Positions 18,579 to 31,000 of a DNA stretch of 64,000 nt are shown piece after piece. Origin of the DNA: Microbotryum violaceum. Taxonomy: Eukaryota. Position 1 is the stretch's first letter; every line of letters starts with the position of its first letter. The translations under genes and the position numbers were made by a program. Where the stretch lies: contig CDLV01000008.1 in NCBI GenBank assembly GCA_001244265.2, forward strand, positions 372,001 through 436,000, in the 5' to 3' direction. The notes beneath the pieces are model-generated. The model had not been told where the DNA came from. It was given only the letters and a program-made list of their open reading frames with translations, and did no database searches.

Positions 18579-19253
18579 GGTGAGGATCGCGTGAGTCCCG
18601 GAGAGAGCTTGCTCAGGGGATGAAGGGAACAGCAAGAAGCGAGAGGAGGCGATCGCAGTCGGGGTTACCGAGCTCGCTTCTGCCAACGTCGACGTCACCG
18701 ACCGCACACCGAAGGCTCCAGCAGGCTCCAGCGCCGGGCTAAAATTGGGCGACGATCGTTTCGGATCCTTATCAGTCCAAGGGGCTAATGTGATCACTTG
18801 CGACACTCGAGATTCTCATCACAACAGTAAAGTACACGCTACTATTGTCAAAATCAATGTCGTCACCACTTTATCACCCTTGATCATCGCGCTTGATCTG
18901 CAAAGTCGTATAGTACTCGGCCGCGGGAGACGGCGGCGACGGATTTTCACGTACGGCGTGTTTGAAGCAAATCCACCGAGTACAACTACAGCACGGAGTT
19001 GAAGACCAGATGCCCTAATCTTTGTAACCAGATCAGTCTCTGCAGTCAAATGGCTTATTCGATCGGGCAGAGAAATCATTATTTCAGCTTGGGTGCAAGG
19101 ATGGTGGTGGGGCGGTCCGAGCTCAAAATGGCTGCGAATCAGGCGTGCGATTGACGACGACGAGTCGAAGCGCGCGGCTGCTGCGGGGGCTCTGGTCCGC
19201 TACGACTTGTGTCTCCCAAGACTGCCTGCCCTTCCCGTACGACCTGTTACGAG

Positions 19254-21529
19254 ATGCAGCAAGGCGGCTTACCGAGTAATGCGACCTACGCGGTCGACGA
19301 GGTCAGTCGCACACCCGGCTCATCGTGTTCATTCTGGGCACCGAAAGGGAACACGACGACGACGACGACGACGACGATGCAAGACGACGCGTATGGGAAG
19401 GCGCGATCAGGATATGCTCGAGCATCGGTGTCCTGGCCAAGTAGCCCACACTAACATTCACCCATGTCTCACTCCACAAATAGTACGGACGACCGTTCAT
19501 CGTGATCCGAGACCAAGGCCGCAAGACGCGCACGCACGGCCTGGAAGCGATCAAGGGCCACATCCTCGCCGCGAGGACCGTCGCCGGGATCGTACGCACC
19601 AGTCTGGGGCCGAGGGGACTCGACAAGATCCTCATCTCCCAGGATGGCGACATCACCGTCACCAACGATGGAGCTACCATTTTGGGTCAGATGCAGGTAC
19701 GTTCGGCTGGGGAAAAACAGCCGCGCTTTCCACGCTTCATGCTGACGGATGTGTCCTCACCCGGTTGCAGGTCGAACACGAGATCGCAAAGCTGTTGGTT
19801 CAACTGTCCAAATCACAGGATGATGAGATTGGTGATGGAACAACAGGTGTCGTCGGTCAGTCGTCCTCGCACTCGCACTCGAATGGCGTATCCCGCTCGC
19901 AAAATGACCCCTGACCCCTGGCCCCATGCAGTCCTCGCCGGTGCTCTGCTCGAATCCGCAGCCGGTCTCCTCGATCGAGGTATCCACCCGATCAAGATTG
20001 CCGATGGCTTTGAACGAGCCTGCGCCGTCGCCGTCGCCGAGCTGGAACGCGTCGGTGATGTGATCGAGTACTCCAAGCACAACCAGACCGAGTTGCTCAA
20101 AGTTGCCCAGACCAGTATGGGAAGCAAGATGTGAGTAGAACCGGAACGCTCTTCTAAAGAGCCCTGTAAACTCACTTTATCTTCTTGTGGATCGTCTCCC
20201 CCAGTGTTTCGAAAGCACAAGGCTTGTTCGCGCAAATCGCCGTCGATGCCGTGCTCGCCGTGGCCGACCTCGACCGCAAGGACGTCTCCTTCGACCTCAT
20301 CAAGGTCGTCGGCAAAGTCGGTGGTTCGATCGAGGACACGACCTTGATTCGAGGTGTTCTGCTAGACAAGGACATGTCGCACCCACAGATGCCGCGCTCG
20401 CTCAACGACGCGCGCATCGCGATCCTCACCTGCCCCTTTGAGCCCCCTCGCCCCAAGACCAAGCACAAGCTCGACATCACTAGCGTTGAGGAGTACAAGA
20501 AGTTGCAGACCTACGAGACGGACAAGTTCCAGGAGATGATCAAGCGCGTCAAGGACACGGGCGCGAACCTCGTCATTTGCCAGTGGGGGTTCGACGACGA
20601 GGCGAACCATCTGTTGATGCAGAACGACTTGCCTTCCGTTCGATGGGTCGGTGGGCCTGAGATTGAGGTGAGCTAAATAGCTGTTATCACTTTCAAAATG
20701 AGCGACTTCTAACTTTCCCATCTCTCTTTACAGTTGATCGCCATCGCGACAAACGGTCGGATCGTTCCGAGGTTCGAGGACCTGACCACCGAAAAGTTGG
20801 GCAAGGCCGGTCTAGTGCGCGAGCTCGCGTTCGGTACAACGCGTGACAAGATGCTTGTGATCGAGGACTGCGACAACTCACGAGCGGTGACCGTCTTTGT
20901 CCGTGGAAGTAACAAGATGGTGAGCTTGATATCCAATGTGGCTGATCCTGCAGTGCGAGGTTCACACGAGACTGACGATCTGGCGCCTATGACGATGTTT
21001 CTACAGATCATTGACGAGTCGAAACGAGCGTTGCACGATGCGTTGTGCGTCGTCCGCAACCTCGTCAAGGACAACCGAGTCGTCTACGGTGGAGGGGCTG
21101 CCGAAATCGCTTGCTCGATCGCCGTCGCCAAAGCCGCTGACGAGATCGCTTCGATCGAACAATACGCCATGCGAGCCTTCGCGACCGCACTCGATGCGAT
21201 TCCTTTAGCCTTGGCCGAGAACTCGGGTTTGTCCCCTATTGAAACGTTGGCGGATGTCAAGAGTCGACAAGTGACGGAAGGGAATTCGAGGTTGGGTATC
21301 GATTGCGCGAACAAGGGGAGCAACGACATGAAGGCCCAGTTCGTGTTCGACCCGCTTATCTCGAAGCGACAGCAGTACCTGTTGGCGACCCAGCTCGTTA
21401 GGGCGATCCTCAAGATTGACGATGTTGTGAGTGATGTTTTCTGTCTATTGAGGGGGAACAGCCTTGCTGACGTTGCACTACCAAACCTACTCGTAGATCA
21501 CCTCGGGCGGAGGAGATGATGAGTACTAG
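19254..21529 (+). CDS. CCT5: Chaperonin TRiC/CCT subunit epsilon, multi-exon
   Basis: [87 protein letters not shown]. Confidence 0.98.
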
Positions 21530-22518
21530 AAAGGGGCACAAAATAAATCCACCATTTGTTGCAATCCGACGCATACATTTTGAAACAACGGACCACAGAA
21601 CGAATGAAGAGAGATCACAGGACGGATTGCGCACAGAATATTCCAAAAGCCTAACAAGACTTCATACCGGAAGAACACCCGCCTCGGACCCCTGGTCCCA
21701 CACCAGATCCGCCCGACATTCTCCTCTTCCTCCGGCCCGTAGGCTTAGCGGAGCCTTCAGACTCGAAAGCTGCTCGACGGAAGAGCAAAAGGATACTTTG
21801 GACTCTTTGTCTGCCTTGCTGAGTCACTCTGTGACTTGGGTTTGTTTGGCGCGATCCACCTCGGGCCGACCTTTCTCGAGGCGGGAGTCTAGTCCGAATC
21901 GATGCTGAGTCTGTACAGTGTAGGCCTGATAGTTGGCGCATGCGGTGCATCGGGCTACCGCACGCGAGACCATATACAAGTCAACAATAAAGGGGTGAGA
22001 GTATTCGTCTGGGTATCCATCTCGGTGATATTGAGTGGAGCAGGTGCTGCAAAAGCGGCGGCCAGCGCTGGATGTGTAGTCGGCTCCGAGTGTCGGAGAA
22101 AGCCGTGCTTTTCGGCCCCGAGGTCCGGCTTGACCTCTGTGACCTGCGTCAAGTCGCCGGCTCGGAACTGGGCAAAAGCTTGTACTATTACGAGCAAGCT
22201 CAAGTGGGCTTGATTCAATCCATGTTGCGTCGGGTTTGCTTGCAGTTCTGCCGCGTACGAATACTTGAGTAGAAGAGTCAAAGGACGAAAGTAGCCCTGG
22301 GAAGAATTTAAGAGACCGAGGATCTGTAATGGCGAAATGTGGTATGCGGTTTAGTGGGCCGCTCGGATCCTCTCCGATCCAGCGCACCGGCGGCCGGCAG
22401 CAGTCGATCACCGCGTCACCTCCACCTCGACTCGACGCCGATCACCAATAGCTCGCTCGCTTCTTGGCCTTGAGACATCTTGGTCCATTCCGCTACCTTA
22501 CTCTTTGTTCAGCCGAGT

Positions 22519-24038
22519 ATGGCCTGCTCCGTATGGACCACCGAACTTTCATCGCATTCCGGTTCGTGTCGGACGGCCGGCTCCACATCTAATTCGACCT
22601 CGCCGACGACGTCCACCTCAACTTCGACCTCGCGCAGTCGGGAGTTTGGACAAGCCGACGCGGATGCCGTATACAAACTGGCGCTGGAAAATTTGCCGTT
22701 AGGACTCAAAGTCAAGGATGCTCTACGAATCATCGACCAGGCGATAGAGGACTACGGGTCAGTGGAGGGCAGCAGCCATTCGCATTCAAATCGTGAGGTG
22801 AAGAGCTGATTCCACGCCTTCTCCTGCGGACGATCCCTTAACATCGTAGACTTCAACATGTGGCACTCAGCTTCAATGGTGGAAAAGACTGTAGGTGTTT
22901 GCAGGATGACTTTTTTTGGTCGAGTTGGGGCGATTCGAACCTCGCGGTGCTGAGCCGGAGCTGACAAATTGACTCTGTCCATCATAATACGTTACAATCG
23001 GCTCGGTGGACCGTCTTGGCTACAATTCGGAATTGATGGAATCAACAGGCACGGTCCTCGTCCATCTCTTGGCCGCCGCAGCCTTCCGATCACAGCAACG
23101 ACCGACCCACAACTCTAACCCCAACTCCCACTCCACCTCCAACCCCTCCACAACTCCGCCCCCCACCTCCACCTCTCCCCCTCATCTCGAATGCGTCTAC
23201 GTGCGCTGCGCATCCCCCTTCCCCCAAGTCGAGACCTTCGTCGAGACATGTACCCAACGATACCACCTCAACCTCCGAGCCGTCGATGGTGGGATGAAAG
23301 AAGCTCTGCAGAACTATCTGGACCAGAAGAAGCAGGAGGTGCCGATCCAAGCTGTATTGGTAGGAACGAGGAGGCATGATCCCCATGGAGGTGAGTACTC
23401 TCTCTCTCTCTCTACTTCTAAGCCGTTTTCACCCACAGTTCGTACTGACTCTCTCTCTTTTCACGGGAATTTTTGCTCGCAGAACACCTGACACCCTTCG
23501 CTCGTACGGATGGGGGATGGCCCGATTTCATGCGCGTGCACCCGATTCTCGATTGGACCTACAAGGAGATCTGGGATTTCTTACGACACCCTGATTTGAC
23601 GTTGGGGGGTTCAAAAGAAGCGGGTTTGATCGAGTGGTGTGAATTGTACGACTATGGGTGAGTAGATATATAAATCGTCTATTCACACGGAAGCGGTACC
23701 AAAGCTGAACGAAAAACCTTTCCTTCTCGGCACGGCACAGGTACACCTCCCTAGGCTCTACGCACAACACTTTCCCAAATCCGATGCTGAAAGCGATCGG
23801 AGATACATCCGTTAAAGGAGGGTGGAGACCGGCATGGGAGTTGAAGGATGAGACTCAGGAAAGAGCAGGGAGGTGAGTCACTTTCCCACTATCATGCTTC
23901 CTTGATGTCGCCCGAGGCATCTTGCAGGTGGAGAAGAACCTCGTACTGATGTCAAGGGGTTGGGACCGACCGATGAACAGAGATGCTAAGCTTATGAAGC
24001 AAGCGATCGAAGTGGAGGAGCAAATCGTCACCCTTTGA
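22519..24038 (+). CDS. FAD1: FAD synthetase (PAPS-reductase family), multi-exon
   Basis: Spliced [84 protein letters not shown]. Confidence 0.95.
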
Positions 24039-24641
24039 TGTAGAGGTCACGTCACGTCCTGGTTGCATGACAATTCCATCAGTTGGTGTCAGCGCTCATG
24101 TTTGAGACCGAGAAGGTCAATTGCTCTACGCACTGGCTCTCCCACGAGCGATTGAGGGGGCAAAAGTCGACTTTTGTTGCATACTAAAAGCACGATCAAA
24201 AGAATCACTGGAGCCTAAGATGATAAGAGAAGGTGAGGGAAGATACAGCGTGGGAGAGGGCGGTAAAGCGTATGGGGTGGTTCAAACGGAGGATCTCGAC
24301 ATGAAAAAACGGCGCAGGAGTCTTCCAATCGAGTTGGAAAGTGTGCTTTGGACAGAAAGCCAAGATAAGACAAGAATGAAACTCGGGTTGAGGGGTTAAA
24401 ACAGAGCGCGATATAACGAATGAGGAAGCAGGCGTGAGGGGGTTGCAGAAATAGAGATGGGGAGGGGGGAAAATGAATGGGCGGAGGGGAAAGCAAACAG
24501 CAATTTAAAGTCGACACAACAAACACAGAACAGAAAACAAGCATCCATCCACCGTTCCTTCTCTTCTCTTCCTCTTCTTCCTTCCGTTTTATGCATCAAC
24601 AGAATCAGAGTCCAGATAACACACAAATCTGTCGTCGTCGA

Positions 24642-25891
24642 TCAAGCATGCCCGGCGTAACCGGCGGCCCAGGCATTGTTCAACAAAGCCGAATTGATGC
24701 CGTAGAGATCGAACGAGCCGGCGTGAGGGTGTTGCTGCTGCAACTGCTGTTGCTGTTGTTGCAAAGCGGCGGCAAAGAGGAGCTGTTGCTGATGCTGTTG
24801 CTGTTGCTGGGCGTGTGCCTGCTGCTGCTGTGCCTGGAGCATCTCCGGGCTGAGGTAGCCGAAGGCCGCGGGCAACATGTTCTGTGCGTGCATGTTGCTC
24901 ATTGTAGCCATTTGTTGCTGGTGCAAGGCGAACGGCGATGTCGCGACGGCGTGAACGGGGGCCGAGGACGACATTTGCGACGAGGCCGAGACCGACGAAG
25001 CAGAAAACGAATCCGAAGGATCGACGAGCGAGTTTGTGGGCGAGCCCGCATTGGCGAACATCGAAGTCGTTATCGGCATTGCCATAGGGTAGGTGAGCGA
25101 TGATGTTTGAAAAGCGGCCATGGACTGTTCGCTCTTGATCGCGGGCGAGTCGGGCCGGGAGGAGGTCGCCGGCGAACCACCAATCGAGGAGCCGGTGCGG
25201 TTGTCAAACTGGCTCGCTGAGTTTGTGAGGTCGAGCGGTGATCCGAATGTGACAGAGGCGGACGAGCTATATCGAGAGATCACGCTGTGTTTCTTGTTGA
25301 CGGAGGCGTTGGATGGAGGAAGAGGGGGAAGACCGAGTTGTTGGCGGAGCTCGTTCACTTCTCGTCGAAGCTCAGCGTTCTCCTTGGTCAGGGCGGACTC
25401 TTTGACCTGTTCCGTCGAACCACGGAGGCAAAATCAGTTCCTGCAACCATACGACGTGGCTACTTCTTCCGCCGCGACGAACCTGGGCCTCAAAGACGAA
25501 GTCGAGTGCCTTGTTGACGATCACGCTCTTGGACGGTCGCTTGACTTTGGCCATCGAAGGCAAAGCTTCAGCGAGGGTCTGTGGGGGAGTTGCGTGCATT
25601 GAGTGCCAGCGCTGAATCTCACACAGCAAGGTGCCCGGGCGAACGCACCATGAATCGACCGTTGAGAGATTCGCGACGCGCACGCTCGATCGCATTATGC
25701 GACGCACGCTTATCAGCGCCTTGCGGGCCTTTGCGGCTGGCGGCCGACGACGACTTGCGCTTAGTCGGAAGCGCGACCGAGTTGCTTAGATCGTCGTCGC
25801 CATCGCAATCGCCGTCGTCGTACAGGGAAGCGCTGACATCGTCCTCATCGGGCGAGTGACCGTAGGTCGTGATATCACTGGCGATACCCAT
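24642..25891 (-). CDS. bHLH(-zipper) transcription factor with a Gln-rich C-terminus, 3 coding exons
   Basis: KRASHNAIERARRESLNGRFM|TLAEALPSMAKVKRPSKSVIVNKALDFV, followed by the coiled coil KENAELRREVNELRQQLG and a polyQ tail. Confidence 0.92.
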
Positions 25892-28028
25892 CTTCGATTG
25901 TAGATTTTTGAGTTTCTTGGCGAGTGGTCGGACTAGCGCGCCGAAGATTGTTAAGGCGCGACTAAAAAATAGCGCGAAAATGCGGGGGTGTTGGTGGGCC
26001 GATAGGGAGCGAGGGAAGCCGATAGGAATGGAGGGAGCAGAATACCTGAAGTCGGTTAGAGCTCAGGACTGAGATGGGGGCGGGCAGACGGAGATCTGGG
26101 TGAGGATCTACAACATTTGAAATTGACGTCAGGTCTCGGAGCTCTGGCAAAAAAGATATCCGAGCTGGGCAGGTAGCAATGCAGGGAGAGGAGGTGCGGC
26201 GGCCGAATTGCGGGCCAAAACCGATATCGGCCGGCCCTAAATTCGAGACACCCCGTCCCCACGCCCATCGAGTGCCGAACCAACCCACGTACCAAGAGGG
26301 CAGGGAAGAGAAAGGACGGTACGGCAAGGCAGCAGCTGTCGTTTACAAGAAAAGACGCGCGCGGATGTCGTGCAGGAGGCGTTGTAGGAGGTGGGGGAGT
26401 AGACTGTGTGGTGGGGTTCGCTGTGGATCGGAGTGGGGGATCGATCGCTGGGATAAGAAGGCGGCGGTGACGAAGGCGACTAAAGGGGGAAGAGGGGAGG
26501 GGTAGCTGTGTCGAGGTTCGCGAGCTGTAAGGGGAAGATGACACGTAGAGTGGGATCAGCATAGGTACCACTCCCGCCCTTCAGTAGTAACCCCTGAGCT
26601 CTCGAGATGGGGCCCGGCCCGCGTCCAACGGCGGCGGCGGCGGTGGGATGCGCCTGGGTCCCGCTTGGAACTTTGCGAACCAGCCGACCGTTGATCACGC
26701 CAGAACGGCTCACGCTGGACTGAGTCGAAGCGGCGGCGGTGGCGACGCAGCCCGCAATCCGCGGCCCGCATTCGGCCGAAACACCAGATCGCGACATCGT
26801 CATGGGTTACTGTTACAACGATCTCACCTTAGCTCAGCGGCGCCTGACTTGTTTGCTGGGGGGAAGGGAGGAGGTGAAAGTTCGCGCTGGAGGGAGGGGA
26901 GAAGGGAGCAAGCTCGGGCGGCTGACTCTGGGCCGCTCACCACCACTCGGCCTGGTCAATATCCGGCGTACGATAGAGCACGGGGAAGGGGCCTGGCTGA
27001 AAAGGCAAAGTCCGAGCCCGAACACACCGGCTGAAACTCAGGCGCTGATCTGTGCAAACGGGAGTTTCGGGAATTGGGTCGTACATAGCAGTCACTTTTA
27101 CTGGGCAGCAGCTCAGGGCACGTCCCTCGATTCTTCCCATCAGTTGTGTCATGTCTGAAGCGAATTTCGCCATTCATGAAGGCGGACGATTTTCTAGGTT
27201 CGTGCTACTTGTCCAGTCACTAGGCAGCCTAAACTCTCATTACAACCTGCAGGGCTCCTCCCGACACCGAAAAGATTGGGGAGAGGGAAGAGCTGACGTC
27301 CGTAGGTTTGATCACAAGGCGTGATGAAATCCCGCCCGCGTCTGCTGCCAATTACTCGGCGACGATCATAATTTGGAGTGTGTTTATCTCTTTACCGTAA
27401 GTGCCCTCTCATTGCGTGAAACTTTTTTGTTGACAGTGGCATTGATGTTTAGCACGACCTGGCTCCGGAGAACGCGTATCAATCTATATTCGCGCCGAGC
27501 GCGCGCGCCAGCCCCTGTCACTTCGGCGGGGCTGAAGCGACGTTGGAACCGGGCTTTCTCGGCCGAAGAGCGCGTCGGAGTAACGTGCGAACCTCCCAGG
27601 ATCTCCCTCCTGTGATGACGTCACCGCCGGGGCACTATACGGTTAGGAGATCATAACAGGCCGAGTTCGTGCGTTGCCTGCCTTTGAACAAGACTAGCCT
27701 TAAAACTTAGAACTGTCCGCGACTCTGCGTCAGGTCAATGTATGCGTCGCTCCGGCGCTGGCTCTGGCCGAGCTTGCTCGCTCGCGCTCAGCTCAGCTGC
27801 TGACGGCGACGAGGCCGGCGCCTGCTTAGCCTGCTTGCGCCCGAGTGCAAAGGCCCGCGCCTGCCAACGCCAGCGCACTGCCTGCCCCTGCCTGCGCCCT
27901 CCTGCGCCGGGCCCATGAAGCGCCTGCCATCGAGGCGCGCAGGGCCTTTGACTTCTTGCATTCACTCGATCATCCTGCCGGCGCGCACCGCACCTCACGA
28001 CACCGACACAGGTTTCCACCGCGAAGCC

Positions 28029-31000
28029 ATGTCGAACTATGCGCCTGGTGGTGGAGGAGGAGGGATCGGCGCAGCTGCGCCCGCAGGGGTTGAGGCTGGT
28101 GGCTCCACACCTTCTGCTGTCGCGCCCGGCGCTGGAGCAGGAGCAGGAGCCGGTGGTGCATCGACAGCCTCTGCGACCACCACGACATCGCGCGCGCCCG
28201 CCGCAGCCGCTGCCCCGACGGGAGCCAGCAACAACGTTGGACCAGCTGCAAATGCGGGTCCGAACTCGGCAGCTGGCCCCAACGCGCCACCGTTCCGCCC
28301 GCTCAACGTCAAGGATGCACTCAGGCAAGTGCGAGCGAAGGGTGGCATTCCGAGCCCTGCGGGTTGCGGCAGAGACCCCGGGGCTCGAGGCGACAAGGCA
28401 CCGCTGAGACTGACCTTGACTGACCGTGATCCTCTGTTGCCCTATCTCTACTATTGCGAACCACAGCTATCTCGACAGGGTTAAAGTGACTTTCAATGAT
28501 CAGGCCGAAGGTATGCTTGACTTTTCTCTATCCCGGGCTTATTTGCACTTGCAGCTAGCTGACGATGAGGCATCGCTCGACTTGACCGGTCGCACTGGTC
28601 CACCCCATCAGTGTACGATCGCTTCTTGACGTGAGTAGATGACCCGCATTCCATTGTTTCATTCTGCCAACCAAGTGACACTGATATCCGGTGTTTCTTG
28701 CCTGTGTGTAGGATCATGAAAGAGTTCAAGAGCCAAGGCATCGACACTCCGGGCGTCATCGAACGAGTTAGCACCCTGTTCCGCGGCCATCCGGCGCTCA
28801 TTCAGGGGTTCAACACCTTTTTGCCGCCTGGCTACCGCATTGAATGCTCTGTCTCGTCCCAGAACGAAGGGGGTATGACCATCACCGTCACCACCCCGAT
28901 GGGCTCGACGACGCGTACCCAAGTGCCCGCGAATGCTTCGGCGTCTGCGACCGCGAACCCCTCGACTGCCAGCGCTCCGACGTCGCGTTCGACTTTGCCA
29001 CTGGCGCGCTCCCCATTGGCGACTTCGACGACCGCATCCAAGGATGTCGCTCACCTTTCGCAGCCAGCACAGCCCGCTTCTACCGGCCAAACACCCTCTA
29101 TGGGTCGAAAAGACGTCAAATCCGAGGTGCAAGCGCCAAATGGGCCATCGGGCTCTGCGATCAGCGGCGGTCCCCCGCTACCGAACTCCGCTCCGGCCGT
29201 TGCTGCGCCTCCCACTGCAAGTGCTCCTGCACCAGCCGATGCTGCTGCCAAACCACCTATGGAGTTCAACCACGCCATCAATTACGTCAACAAGATCAAG
29301 AACCGCTTCGTTAGGGAGCCCGACACGTACAAGGCGTTCCTCGAGATCTTGCAAACCTACCAAAAGGAAGGCCGTGCGATACAGGATGTGAGTGCTCTTC
29401 CCTGTTGGTGCGATGCGACGATGCGAGTATTATACTGACATTCTTCGTCTCGGCACAGGTATACGCTCAAGTCACCATCCTTTTCCGCTCCGCACCGGAT
29501 CTGCTTGACGAGTTCAAGCAATTCCTGCCCGACACCTCGGCCGAAGCCGGAGCACAACCCCAAGTGGGACAGCCTGTACCTGGCCCGCGAGGACTCACCG
29601 CCGTCGCTGGCCAGAAGAGACCAGCTACGACCACGTCCAAAGGCGCCGCCGAGCCCACAAGCGCAAAAAAGGCCAAGACGGGCAAAAACAAGGCCGCGCC
29701 GGAGAAAGCGGGCAAACGAAAAACCGAGCTCAAGGACCCGACTCGCAAAAGCTCGGGTGTCGATGGGACGACCAATACCGAGGCCGATTCTTCGATGGGC
29801 ACCTACACGCACCCTTCGCACCCTGCCCCGTACGGGCAATCATATCCCGTCGCGGGCTACGGCACTCAACCGCAGGTCCTCCCCGTCGCCTATGCTTACG
29901 AGGCACCCCTTCCCCCTCCCCCGGCTCAACCGCTGCTCGCCCCCAAATCGCAAGCGAGCGTCAACGACATCGCTTTTTTCTCCCGCGTCAAACTTCACAC
30001 GAACGACCAGGCGACCTATCACGAGTTCCTCAAGCTACTCAACTTGTACACGCAAGACATCATTGACTTGACCGCGCTCGTGTCTCGCGCGTTCCTGTTC
30101 ATCGGCCAGGATGCGCTCCTCTGGCGTGAGTTCCGCGACATTGTCGGCTGGACCGATGGAAAGCCTATCGGCGATACTGGCGGACGGATCGAGGTGGTCG
30201 ACGGTATTCGAATAATTGAGAACGTCCCCACCGTCGATGGGCCGCAGCGCGCGAGAGCCGACGACGGCAAGCTGTGGGAGTCGTACGGCCCGAGCTACCG
30301 CAAGCTACCGCCGAACGAAATCTCGCTCAATTGCTCCGGTCGCGATGCGCTGTGCTGGGAGGTGCTGAACGACGAATGGGTCTCGCAACCGTCTTGGGCG
30401 AGTGATGAAGGGTTCGCCGTCAAGCGACAGAACCCTTACGAGGAAGCGATGCACAAGTCCGAAGAGGAGCGACACGAGTACGACTACTACATCGAAGCCA
30501 ACCTCCGCACGATCGCCTTGCTCGAACCGATCGCGACTCGGATCGCCATCATGGAGGCCGACGAGCGGGCGACGTTCCGTCTCAAGCCCGGACTCGGGAA
30601 CCAGAGCAAGAGCATCTATCAGCGCGTCATAAAGAAGGTGTACGGCAAGGTCGCCGGCAGTGAGGTGATCCAGGCGCTGCATGAGAACCCTTGCGTCGCG
30701 GTGCCCATCGTCTTGGCGAGGCTGAAGCAAAAGGACGAAGAGTGGAAGCGAGCCCTGCGGGAGTGGAATCGTGTATGGCGAGAAAACGACGCCAAAAACT
30801 ACTGGCGCTCACTCGACCATCAATCGATCTCGCTCAAGGCCAACGACAAGCGCCTGCTGACGCTGCGCCACCTCGTCACCGAGATTGAGACGGTCAAGCG
30901 ACAACAACGACAACGTGCTTCAGGCTCGAATCGACCTTGGACCATGCCGAGCTACCAGCTGCAGTACGAGCTTGTCGATCGCGGCGCCATGTTCGACACG

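Noticed and set aside
21550-22450. Overlapping 100-195 aa ORFs between CCT5 and FAD1
   Set aside because: I found no good ATG start, recognisable domain or consistent splice model. A degenerate gene cannot be excluded.
22897-22968. tRNA T-loop-like GGTTCGAATC (minus strand) and C/D-box-like AGGATGA..CTGA inside a 158-nt FAD1 intron
   Set aside because: There is no T-stem pairing, cloverleaf or oligo-T terminator. Box C is imperfect and I recognise no rRNA-complementary guide. tRNAscan-SE or snoscan would settle it.
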